Of a DNA stretch of 35,833 nt, positions 27,127 through 35,658 are shown piece by piece. The notes beneath the pieces are model-generated. The model was given only the letters and a program-made list of their open reading frames with translations, was not told the origin of the DNA and did no database searches. Position 1 is the stretch's first letter. Each line of letters starts with the position of its first letter. This DNA comes from an uncultured Deferribacteres bacterium (GTDB lineage Bacteria > Zhuqueibacterota > Zhuqueibacteria > Zhuqueibacterales > Geothermadaptataceae): the NCBI GenBank assembly GCA_964014485.1, contig CAXHAT010000072.1:1-35833 (forward strand). The letters run 5' to 3'. The position numbers were made by a program, and so were the translations under genes.

Positions 27127-28296
27127 ATGGATTTGAAAAAGCGTCTTGGACGTTATGAACAATGCTCGGTCGCCGGAGAATCTTATCAGGCGTACATCCC
27201 GGCGAAACTGCCGTTTGCCCCGCCGCTCCAGCTCGATGAACAGCATTTGAATCTATTGGAGGAAACCAACCGAGCACTCGGACGGCTCGACGGCGTCGCA
27301 ACGTTGTTACGGGACGTTTCACTGTTTCTGTACATGTATATTCGAAAAGAAGCGGTCTTGTCTTCACAAATCGAAGGCACGCAATCTTCGCTTTCAGACT
27401 TGCTGCTTTTTGAGCAAAACGCTGTGCCGGGCGTTCCTCTCGATGATGTTCAGGAAGTTTCAAATTACGTCGCGGCGCTTGAGCACGGTTTAAAACGACT
27501 GCGCGACGATGATTTTCCACTCTCTCTTCGATTGATTCGAGAGATTCACGAGGTGCTTTTGGCGAAGGGACGCGGAAGCACAAAAGAGCCGGGCGAGTTC
27601 CGCAGGTCGCAAAACTGGATTGGCGGAACGCGCCCGGGAAACGCTGTTTTCGTACCGCCGCCGCCGGAGCATTTGCCCGAACTGCTTGGCAATCTTGAAA
27701 AATTTCTGCACGACGTGCCGCAAAAAACGCCGACGCTGCTTAAGGCCGCCATCGTTCACGTTCAATTTGAAACGATTCATCCCTTCCTCGACGGCAACGG
27801 CAGAATAGGCAGACTTTTGATCACGATTATTCTATGCCTCGAAGGCGCCTTGAAGGAACCGCTGCTATATTTGAGCTTGTATTTTAAGACGCATCGTTCA
27901 GAATATTATGATCTTCTGCAAAAAGTCAGAATCGAAGGCGTTTGGGAAGCATGGTTCAATTTTTTCCTGAACGGCGTCAATGAAACCGCTCAAACCGCCG
28001 TCGAGACCTCGCGGCGCATCTTGCGGCTCTTCGATGAAGACAGGCAAAAAGTGCAAGGTCTAGGGCGGGCAAGCGCAAACGCTCTCAGGCTTCTGGAAAC
28101 CATGCAAAAACGCCCGCTCGCTTCGATCCAGGATATGACCAAACAGCTTGAAGTTACGCCGCCTACGGCAAGAGCCGGTTTTGCTGCACTGGAAAAGCTT
28201 GGCATACTCACGGAAATTTCCGGCAAACAACGGCGCCGCCGATTCGCGTACAAAAATTATATTGATCTGTTGCAAGAAGGCGTTGAATTGATTTAG
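27127..28296 (+). CDS. Fic family protein (Fic_N / Fic / C-terminal wHTH), class II autoinhibited
   Basis: Catalytic HPFLDGNGRIGR; N-terminal inhibitory motif SSQIEG; GEFRRSQNWIGG; start probably ATG 27127 (27070 possible). Confidence 0.93.
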   Translation: MDLKKRLGRYEQCSVAGESYQAYIPAKLPFAPPLQLDEQHLNLLEETNRALGRLDGVATLLRDVSLFLYMYIRKEAVLSSQIEGTQSSLSDLLLFEQNAVPGVPLDDVQEVSNYVAALEHGLKRLRDDDFPLSLRLIREIHEVLLAKGRGSTKEPGEFRRSQNWIGGTRPGNAVFVPPPPEHLPELLGNLEKFLHDVPQKTPTLLKAAIVHVQFETIHPFLDGNGRIGRLLITIILCLEGALKEPLLYLSLYFKTHRSEYYDLLQKVRIEGVWEAWFNFFLNGVNETAQTAVETSRRILRLFDEDRQKVQGLGRASANALRLLETMQKRPLASIQDMTKQLEVTPPTARAGFAALEKLGILTEISGKQRRRRFAYKNYIDLLQEGVELI

Positions 28297-28298
28297 CT

Positions 28299-30674
28299 TT
28301 ATTCATATTTCAAGCTCTCCACTGGATTCGCCAATGCGGCGCGAATGGCCTGAGTGCTGACCGTCATGAGCGCGATCACGAGCGCAATCCCGCCCGCCAA
28401 GACAAAAATCCACCACGAAATTTCAATGCGATAAGCGAAGTTTTCCAGCCATTTATTCATTGCGAACCAGGCGGCGGGCCAGGCGATCAGATTTGCCGCG
28501 ACAACCAATTTGACAAAATCTTTCGAAAGCAGCGCAGTTACGCCGGATACGGAAGCGCCGAGAACTTTCCGCAAGCCGATTTCCTTGGTGCGCTGCTCCA
28601 CGGCAAAAGCGGCAAGCCCCAGAAGACCGAGACAAGCGATCAAAATAGCCAGTCCGGCGGCGACGGCGAAAATTTGCCCAAAACGCACTTCGTCGCGATA
28701 TTGCGCGTCGAGCTGATCATCCAGAAAGAAATAATCAAAAGGTTGCTGCGGCGCGAGTTCGCGCCACTTTCGTCCAAGATCAGCGATGAATTGCGGCAGG
28801 TTTTGGGTCTCAAATCGTAATGTGAAATAGCTTGCGCTTGCCGGGTCGATGTACATCGCCAGCGGCTCTACAGGCTCGTGCAATGAATTAAAATTAAAGC
28901 TTTTGACCACGCCGATGATTTCTCCGGCAGGCCCGCCAAAGCTCACTTTTTTGCCAATCGCCTGCTCCGGTTCCGTCCAGCCAAGCTTGGAAAGCGACGC
29001 TTCGTTGATGATAACCGCAGTGCTCGAATCTTGTCGGAATTGCAGCGAAAACGTTCTGCCCGCGAGCAATTCAAGCTCGTAATTCGAAACAAAGTCAAAA
29101 TCGACGCGATACGTGCCGAAGAACATGTCCAAAGAATCAGCGCCGTCGATGACGAAAGCATGATCATAGGTCACCCCTTTGCCCGGTACGCTGGAAGAAA
29201 GCGCGGTCGCCTGGACGTCGGCGTGGGAAAAAAATTCGTTTTTGATAAAATCTGCCTGCCCGCGCACGGCTTGGTCGCCCTTAAAGTCAATCACCAGCAA
29301 TTGTTTTTCGTTGAAGCCCAACCCTTTCGTGCGGAAAAATTCGACCTGTCGCAAAATAACAATTGTGCTCACGATCAACATGACCGACAATGAGAATTGA
29401 AAGATGACCAGTGCGTGGCGCATCTTTACGCCCGAAGCGGTCTTACTAAAAACGCCCTTCAGAACGGTCGCAGGGCGAAACTTTGAAAGCACAAACGCCG
29501 GGTAGCTCCCGGCAATTGCGCCGACCAGAAATGAGAGCGAAAGAAGGGCAAAAAGAACGGCGCTGTTTTCAAACAGCGAAAATCCAATTTCTTCGCCGGT
29601 CAATTGATTGAACAACGGCAGCAACAATTGACAAAGCGCCGTCGCCAGGACGGTTGCAAAGAAACTCAGCATAATCGTCTCGCCGATGAATTGCCAGGCC
29701 AACTGCCGCCGCACCGCGCCAACGACTTTGCGCATCCCGACCTCGCGTGCACGTCTGGAAGAGCGCGCCGTCGCGAGATTCATGAAATTGGTGCAAGCAA
29801 TGGCGAGAATGAGCACGGCAATGCCCACGAGCACGTAAATGAGCGTCACGTTGCCGCGCACGCCGACCTCGCCGCGCCGATGGGAATTGAGATAAATTTC
29901 AGTCAGCGGCTGGGCTCGCAAGATTATGCCAAAACCAGGGCCGACGGCCTCCTCGACGAAGTCCGGGAGCCCGGCGGTGAATGCCGCCAGATCAAAATCG
30001 GATGGGGTGAGAATGTACGTTTGGTAGAAGAACGCGCCCCATTCGCCAACCCATTGCGGCCTGAGCGCCTCGTAGGTTTTGTGAGAAATCAACGCGCTGA
30101 AAGGCAGGTGCGTCGTGCCGGGGATTGGGGCGAAAACGCCGGTAACCTTGAGCGAACGTTCATTATTAATCAGCAAAGTTTGGTTCATAGGGTCGGCGTC
30201 GCCGAAGTATTTTTGCGCCAGTTCCTGCGTCAGCACAATGCTGTTTGGTTCAACCAAAGCTGTGGCGGGATCGCCTTGTTGCAGCGGGTAGGTGAAAACG
30301 TCAAAAATGGTTTCGTCGCTGTAAAACACCTGGTTTTCATAAAATCGATTTTCACCGACGGCAAAAAGGCCGCGCGTCCGAACCAATCGCGCCGTTTCCT
30401 GGATTTCCGGGAATTTGGCTTTGAGCGCAGCGGCGAGCGGGGGAGAACTTTGCGCCAATTCACGCAGCCCTCGCGGCGTTTCCAAATCCGGCACGATGCG
30501 ATAAACCCTGTCGGCGTTTTCGTGAAAGCGATCATAGCTTAACTTGTTTTGAACATACATCAAAATGAACAGACAGCACGTCAAGCCCGCCGCCAGTCCA
30601 AAGATGTTCACGCCGGAGTATGCTTTATGACGCAACAGATTGCGCAATGCGATTTTGAAGTAGTTTTTTAGCAT
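28299..30674 (-). CDS. ABC transporter permease, double MacB/FtsX type (copy 6)
   Basis: Start MLKNYFKIALRNL at 30674 matches the paralogs; ends NPVESLKYE. Confidence 0.95.
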   Translation of the reverse strand: MLKNYFKIALRNLLRHKAYSGVNIFGLAAGLTCCLFILMYVQNKLSYDRFHENADRVYRIVPDLETPRGLRELAQSSPPLAAALKAKFPEIQETARLVRTRGLFAVGENRFYENQVFYSDETIFDVFTYPLQQGDPATALVEPNSIVLTQELAQKYFGDADPMNQTLLINNERSLKVTGVFAPIPGTTHLPFSALISHKTYEALRPQWVGEWGAFFYQTYILTPSDFDLAAFTAGLPDFVEEAVGPGFGIILRAQPLTEIYLNSHRRGEVGVRGNVTLIYVLVGIAVLILAIACTNFMNLATARSSRRAREVGMRKVVGAVRRQLAWQFIGETIMLSFFATVLATALCQLLLPLFNQLTGEEIGFSLFENSAVLFALLSLSFLVGAIAGSYPAFVLSKFRPATVLKGVFSKTASGVKMRHALVIFQFSLSVMLIVSTIVILRQVEFFRTKGLGFNEKQLLVIDFKGDQAVRGQADFIKNEFFSHADVQATALSSSVPGKGVTYDHAFVIDGADSLDMFFGTYRVDFDFVSNYELELLAGRTFSLQFRQDSSTAVIINEASLSKLGWTEPEQAIGKKVSFGGPAGEIIGVVKSFNFNSLHEPVEPLAMYIDPASASYFTLRFETQNLPQFIADLGRKWRELAPQQPFDYFFLDDQLDAQYRDEVRFGQIFAVAAGLAILIACLGLLGLAAFAVEQRTKEIGLRKVLGASVSGVTALLSKDFVKLVVAANLIAWPAAWFAMNKWLENFAYRIEISWWIFVLAGGIALVIALMTVSTQAIRAALANPVESLKYE

Positions 30675-31047
30675 TATTTTGCCGCCGTTTTTGGGGTCGA
30701 GAAACGCGTTTGATGAAAGTTCCTGCGACAGTTTTTCAAAAAACACGCCAGAGCGGATTTCGTGCTTGGGTTGGAAATCGAAAAAAGCGGGGAAGAAAAA
30801 AAGTATTCTCTGACGCGACACGAATTGTCCGTCAGCGAACGAATCGCAAGCAGGCGGGCTGTTGTGAAATTTGATCACGCAGCTTGGGGCTGTCCTAAAA
30901 ACGATCTCGCTAATGTGGGGGACGGATTAAAAGAATTGGCGAATTAAACTGTACTATTTTGGGGATTGAGCGAAACGGAGTTTTCAAAATACGAACAATT
31001 GTTCATATAGTAAACTTTGAAATTCGCGGTGACATTTTGAAGACGGC

Positions 31048-32574
31048 CTACCCCATAATTTGATACCGCGCCAGCAGCTCTAGCACCTGTGGCAGGACGG
31101 GTTTAATCTCTTCTTTGGCGAACTCGTACAGCTTTTTGGCGACGGTTTTTGTGCCTTCTTTGGTTAAATCCAGGGCGAGGTTATCCAAGTGTTTGATGAC
31201 CTGTTTTTTAGACTTCTCTTTGAAGGAAGCTTTCGGGGAGGCGTTGAGCGCTTCTTTGAGCGCGTCGACGGCTTGGGTGATGTTGTTGACGGTGACGCTT
31301 GAGCCGGATTGAGCTTCGACATAGGTTCCAGCTTTGATTTGGCGAGCAGGTTGTTGCAGGGCGAATCGATACCAACGGTCACGATCTTCGATGAGCAGCT
31401 TCTTTTCTATTTCATAACGCTCTCTTAGCTCTCTTAGAGCGGCTTCTTTGTATTCTTCCAAAGCCACAGAAAACAGGAACCGGGGATGTATGCCACGTAC
31501 ATCGAAGGATAACAATCCCAAATCAAATTCTTTGCGTTTAGTCGTTAATTTTTGTGTGACGACGTTCATGATATTCAAATCATCCGTTGTCAGGCCGTTC
31601 TTGAAAACCATTTCTATTGTAGGCAGGGAACGATACAGGTGCTCGAATTCGCCAGGTTCGAAGTTTCGGTCTTTGGGTTGACGCTCCTTACCTTCTTCAT
31701 CAAAGTAGATGTAGTCGCATTTAATGCCATTGATTTGCCAACCTTCACGAGCGGACATTTCGAGATTTGCGCCTGTTATGTTTGCATTTGCTAATTTCGC
31801 GTTTCTTAAATCAGCGTATCTGAAATCGACTCCGATAAGATAAGCCCTGTTGAGAGTGGCTCCGCTAAGATCGACTCCACTGAGACGGGCTCCGCTGAGA
31901 TTTACTTCGCTGAGATCGGTTTCTGTGAGACGGACTCCGCTGAGATTTGCTTCGCTGAGATCGGTTTTTGTGAGACGGACTCCGTTGAGATTTGCTTCGC
32001 TGAGATTGGTTGCTGTGAGATGGGCTCTGCTGAGATTCGCTCCGCTAAGATCGGTTGCTGCGAGCTTGGCTCCGCTAAGATTTGCTCGGCTGAGATTTGC
32101 TCTAGTGAGATTTGCTCTAGTGAGATTTACTCCGCTGAGATTTGCTTTGCTGAGTTTTGCTCTGCTGAGATCGGCTCTACTGAGATTTGCTCCGCTAAGA
32201 TTTGCTTCTCTGAGATCTGTTTCTGTGAGATTGACTCTGCTGAGATTTGCGTTGCTTATATTGACACTAACGAGATCGTTACCGCTGAGATTAGTTGCCT
32301 TGAGCTTGGCTCCACTTAGGTTCGCCCCCCAAAATCTAACTTGACTAAGATCGACTCCGCTGAGATCGGCTCTGCTGAGGTCTGCTTCGGTGAAATCGGT
32401 CTCTCTTAGATCGGTTTTTGTGAGATCGGCTCCGCTGAAATTTGCTATGCTGAAATCAGCTCCACTGAGATCGGCTCCGCTGAGATCGATCTCAACATCC
32501 GGATTATCTTTCTTCCATTTATTCCAGTCTTTCACGCCTGCTTTAAGCTTTTCAATCTGCTCTTGATTTGCCAT
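31048..32574 (-). CDS. Pentapeptide repeat protein with C-terminal non-repeat domain
   Basis: N-cap GVKDWNKWK; roughly 50 A(D/N)LxG-type pentapeptides; then WQINGIKCDYIY...FEPGEF and a helical tail. Confidence 0.92.
   Translation of the reverse strand: MANQEQIEKLKAGVKDWNKWKKDNPDVEIDLSGADLSGADFSIANFSGADLTKTDLRETDFTEADLSRADLSGVDLSQVRFWGANLSGAKLKATNLSGNDLVSVNISNANLSRVNLTETDLREANLSGANLSRADLSRAKLSKANLSGVNLTRANLTRANLSRANLSGAKLAATDLSGANLSRAHLTATNLSEANLNGVRLTKTDLSEANLSGVRLTETDLSEVNLSGARLSGVDLSGATLNRAYLIGVDFRYADLRNAKLANANITGANLEMSAREGWQINGIKCDYIYFDEEGKERQPKDRNFEPGEFEHLYRSLPTIEMVFKNGLTTDDLNIMNVVTQKLTTKRKEFDLGLLSFDVRGIHPRFLFSVALEEYKEAALRELRERYEIEKKLLIEDRDRWYRFALQQPARQIKAGTYVEAQSGSSVTVNNITQAVDALKEALNASPKASFKEKSKKQVIKHLDNLALDLTKEGTKTVAKKLYEFAKEEIKPVLPQVLELLARYQIMG
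31790..32490 (-). repeat. 15-nt periodic coding repeat of the pentapeptide region
   Basis: CTGAGAT/CTAAGAT recurs at multiples of 15 nt; boundaries approximate. Confidence 0.8.
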
Positions 32575-32838
32575 AACGCCGCCTGTGTATGACCAAGCCT
32601 TTTGCTAAAGATACACATATAGACGCGGGCGGGCAAGGCGTTTCCCGGTGTTCGCAGCTTGTGTTCCGTGGATTTTGGCGAGGCGTTTTCGAAGATGAAG
32701 TCGCGGACGCTCCAGCCATGGATTCTGTAGGGCGTAAGAAGCGGGAAGGTTCCAGCATGCCGAGACGGCGCAGGCAGAGCTGGTTAATGAGAACAACAGA
32801 GCAGCTAATAATATCAGGACTGTAGCACACAGCATATC

Positions 32839-32866
32839 GTAGGGGTTCAAAATTTTGAACCCCTAC
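32839..32866. repeat. GTAG-family REP-like perfect palindrome (may also act as terminator of the DUF6265-like gene)
   Basis: GTAGGGGTTCAAAATTTTGAACCCCTAC, 28-bp perfect palindrome 3 bp from the stop at 32870. Confidence 0.75.
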
Positions 32867-32869
32867 AAT

Positions 32870-33337
32870 TTAGTTGCAATCAGCGCGGCGCATGGTGAAA
32901 TCAATCGATTTGTTTTCGCCGCCTGAATTGCCTTCAATCGTTGCGACCAAAACGCCGTCTTTGGGTTTATTGTAAATAATGCGCTGGGGGAAATCATGCG
33001 CTTTGTTCTCAAAAACGGCTCGCTCAGCCGTCATTTCAACCAGTTGAAAACGCGTCTCCTTTTGGCCTGAAGGCATGGCGACGTAGAAAAGTTCACCGTT
33101 TTTACCTTCACGAATTTGTAAGAATTCGAACTCACGCAGTTTGCCGTTTACCACCGTTCGGCTCATGCCAAACATCGCGCCACCGTCGGGTTTCATCCAC
33201 TGCTCAACGCCGCTCCAATTCTCGCCGCCGCGCTCCCAGCATCCGGCGAGCCAGTCAAAATCCGCCGCTGTCTTTTTCTCTTGCGCCTGCGCTGAAATGA
33301 ACAGACCAATGCACAAAATGAAGAGTCGTTTTTTCAT
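32870..33337 (-). CDS. Secreted DUF6265-like protein
   Basis: Signal peptide AQA-Q; FDWLAGCW, EQWMKP.GG.MFG, FEFLQI, VFENKAHDFPQRIIY; GGAG RBS. Confidence 0.85.
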   Translation of the reverse strand: MKKRLFILCIGLFISAQAQEKKTAADFDWLAGCWERGGENWSGVEQWMKPDGGAMFGMSRTVVNGKLREFEFLQIREGKNGELFYVAMPSGQKETRFQLVEMTAERAVFENKAHDFPQRIIYNKPKDGVLVATIEGNSGGENKSIDFTMRRADCN

Positions 33338-33406
33338 CGTTTTCTTCTCCGCTAGTTAAAAGGAGTACAGCGCAACTACGTTTTTTCCATCAAACTCAAC
33401 GCTGAA

Positions 33407-33526
33407 GAGGCTGTCGAAAAACTCAAAATTGTCATGCTGGAGGCTTCTTTTTTGAGCGTAATCTGTACCGGGCGATAACAAAGATTCCTCGGGAATGACA
33501 AACCCGGGGATTTTTTCGACAGTCTC
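33407..33526 (+). mobile_element. MITE-like element, family copy B, with 15-bp TIRs and putative GAA target-site duplication
   Basis: GAGGCTGTCGAAAAA / TTTTTCGACAGTCTC (14/15 complementary); GAA on both flanks; internal TTGTCAT...ATGACAA stem. Confidence 0.7.
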
Positions 33527-33581
33527 GAAGCCGTTGTACGCCGCAGTTTTGAATTCCAGGAAATATAGCAAGCGCCGAAGC

Positions 33582-34433
33582 TCATGTATTGTAAAAAAAC
33601 GACGTTCTGTTTTTGCGCATGAAAAACGCGGTGAGTTCAACCTGGCTGGTGAGAAACGCGCCTGGGCTTGCCCCGGAGAATGTTTTGAAATCGCGGATCA
33701 AGTGAGCTTGGTCGTAATAGCCGCAGCCGAGCGCGATTTGACTCCAATTCACCGAACCGTGATCCAGCGCGTTGAAAACAGTTTGGAAACGAATGATCCG
33801 GGCGAACAACTTTGGTGAAATCCCGACGCGTTTTCGAAAACTGCGCTCGATTTGGCGATGGCTCAACCCAATGTCTCGCGTCAGCGCTTCAATGGAAACG
33901 CGCCCTCCGGTTTGAATAATTCTTTCCGCCAAAGTATCGATGATCGCGTCGGGCGCTGAGTTGAAGCGCAAGCGCGCCAAGAGGCAAGATTCCGTCAAGC
34001 GGATGCATTCATTAAACGTTTCGCAGGCATGGAGCTGTTCTTCAAGTTCGGCCGAAAAGCGCCCGAGAATGATTTTTGAGTCGATAATTTGGTTCGTGAC
34101 TTCAGAGATCGGCGTTTGCAAAATTGGAAAAAGCCCGCCCGGTTTGAAACGTACGCCGAAAAGCCGCACTCGCCCGGTCGGCTGAATGGCCGCATGCTCC
34201 TTCATCTGGCCGACAAGTAATATTTTCGGCTGAATTTCAATCTCACCATTTGCGTGAAAACGGCGGAACGGATCAGCCAGATTGAAAATCAGTTCCGTGC
34301 AGCCGTCGGGGAAAATCGACTCTGTGGGGGCGTTGGCGCCGTCAGCGAATTCCAGCTTCCAATAACATTCGACGATTTTTTCCAAGCGCTGGCTCGGCGG
34401 CGTTTCAATATATGCCGGGGTGTGAGCGTCCAC
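33582..34433 (-). CDS. AraC-family transcriptional regulator (DUF6597-like N-terminus + HTH_18)
   Basis: IFPDGCTELIF, FGVRFKPGG, GLSHRQIERSFRKRVGISPK, GYYDQAHLIRDFK. Confidence 0.92.
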   Translation of the reverse strand: MDAHTPAYIETPPSQRLEKIVECYWKLEFADGANAPTESIFPDGCTELIFNLADPFRRFHANGEIEIQPKILLVGQMKEHAAIQPTGRVRLFGVRFKPGGLFPILQTPISEVTNQIIDSKIILGRFSAELEEQLHACETFNECIRLTESCLLARLRFNSAPDAIIDTLAERIIQTGGRVSIEALTRDIGLSHRQIERSFRKRVGISPKLFARIIRFQTVFNALDHGSVNWSQIALGCGYYDQAHLIRDFKTFSGASPGAFLTSQVELTAFFMRKNRTSFFYNT

Positions 34434-34485
34434 AATAAATCCAGGTTGGTAAAATGGAAATTGGCATGAATATCCGGAAATTGTT

Positions 34486-35658
34486 TTAGCGAAGCAAGAC
34501 CATGCGTCTTAAAGCGCGGGCTGTTCCGTCGATTTCGAGCGCATAGAAATACACGCCCGACGATGCGCTTTTGCCGTCGCTTGTTTCTCCGTCCCAAACG
34601 ACCGAATGGTTTCCCGGATTCATGGATGCGTCGAGGAGCGTCCGAACGGTTCGTCCATAAATATCATAAACTGATAATCTTATGCGACGTTTTGTAAAAA
34701 GATGAAAGGCAATAGTTGTACGCGGATTGAAAGGGTTCGGATAGTTTTGTTCAAGTGAAAAATCCGTCGGCGAAAAATTTTCCGCCAAGGACAACCCGGT
34801 CGTAGTCCCGGAAATAATTCGGCGCAGAGACATGGAATTGAAATCAGCGACATAAATCGTGTCGCCGCTGGCTGTTGCGGCAACGCCGTTCGGGCCGTTA
34901 AAGCTGGCCGCGTCCGCAGCGCCGTTGGAGCCGCCTGCCGCGCCTGTTCCAGCAAATACCGAAAATTCGCCGGAAAGGTCGATTTTGTAGACGCGATGAT
35001 CGCTGAAGCCGGTTGCGTAGAGATGGTTCGCGGCAAAATCGAGATGGCCAATGTTGTTGACGGGCAGTGTGACGAAGGGCGTCAAAACGCCGTTTGGCGG
35101 GAGAACGAAAATCTGGCCGTTGTTGAAATTGGCGACGTACAAATTCCCCGCTTCGTCGAAAGTAACGCCCGCCGGAGCGCTCAAGCCGCCGCCCGAAGCG
35201 ATGGTCGTGATTTTCCCCGCCGGATCGATTTTGCAAACTGCATTGCCGCCGGAATGCGCTGCATAAAGCGTATCGCCGGAAGCGTCAAAAACCAGCCCGC
35301 CCGGTCGACTGATGCCCGTTGTGAAAATTGAAACGTCGCCTTCCGGCGTGATTTTGTTGATCAAGTTGCGCGTCCAGTTGGAAGCGTAGAGATTGCCCGC
35401 TTTGTCGAACGCCAGCCCCGTCGGCGCGCCGTCGAGGGTAGCGAACGGGCTGGCGCTCCCGGTCGACGTTATTTTCACAACAGTTCTGCCATTTGGGAAG
35501 CCGAGGCCGCCGCTGTTATCCGCGGCGAAAATATTGCCTTCAGCGTCCAGCGCCAGTTCGTCGCTGACCGCCGCCAACGGCCCGGCGAGCGTGCTGACGG
35601 TTTGTGACAGGGCGGTTGATGCAAAAGCTGCGATCCAGAAAAATATGCACTTGATCAT
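34486..35658 (-). CDS. Secreted NHL/SMP-30-like beta-propeller protein with C-terminal FlgD-Ig / T9SS-type A-like sorting domain
   Basis: Signal peptide from ATG 35658 (ATGA overlap with upstream gene); PxGLAFDxxGNLY repeats; LEQNYPNPFNPRTTI...WDG...SGVYFY. Confidence 0.88.
   Translation of the reverse strand: MIKCIFFWIAAFASTALSQTVSTLAGPLAAVSDELALDAEGNIFAADNSGGLGFPNGRTVVKITSTGSASPFATLDGAPTGLAFDKAGNLYASNWTRNLINKITPEGDVSIFTTGISRPGGLVFDASGDTLYAAHSGGNAVCKIDPAGKITTIASGGGLSAPAGVTFDEAGNLYVANFNNGQIFVLPPNGVLTPFVTLPVNNIGHLDFAANHLYATGFSDHRVYKIDLSGEFSVFAGTGAAGGSNGAADAASFNGPNGVAATASGDTIYVADFNSMSLRRIISGTTTGLSLAENFSPTDFSLEQNYPNPFNPRTTIAFHLFTKRRIRLSVYDIYGRTVRTLLDASMNPGNHSVVWDGETSDGKSASSGVYFYALEIDGTARALRRMVLLR

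Noticed and set aside
4159..30674. Integron cassette array
   Set aside because: No integrase and no attC-like sites with RYYYAAC/GTTRRRY cores recognised between genes; cargo orientation is mixed
30675..30878. 68-aa N-terminal extension of permease 6 in the ORF track (similarly 14837-14866 and 25521-25562)
   Set aside because: The paralog-consensus start M(L/I/F)KN(Y/H)(F/L)KIA lies downstream; the extensions look non-coding
31850..32344. Plus-strand repetitive ORFs (RFAPL / SAEIC repeats)
   Set aside because: Antisense shadows of the pentapeptide repeat gene
31790..32490. Periodic repeat as a possible CRISPR array
   Set aside because: 15-nt coding periodicity with no unique spacers and no cas genes
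32552..32850. Short ORFs upstream of the pentapeptide gene
   Set aside because: Conflicting frames and strands, no clear RBS or domain signal
33356..33640. Short ORFs across the AraC to DUF6265-like intergenic region
   Set aside because: They run through the MITE-like repeat and have no recognisable protein features
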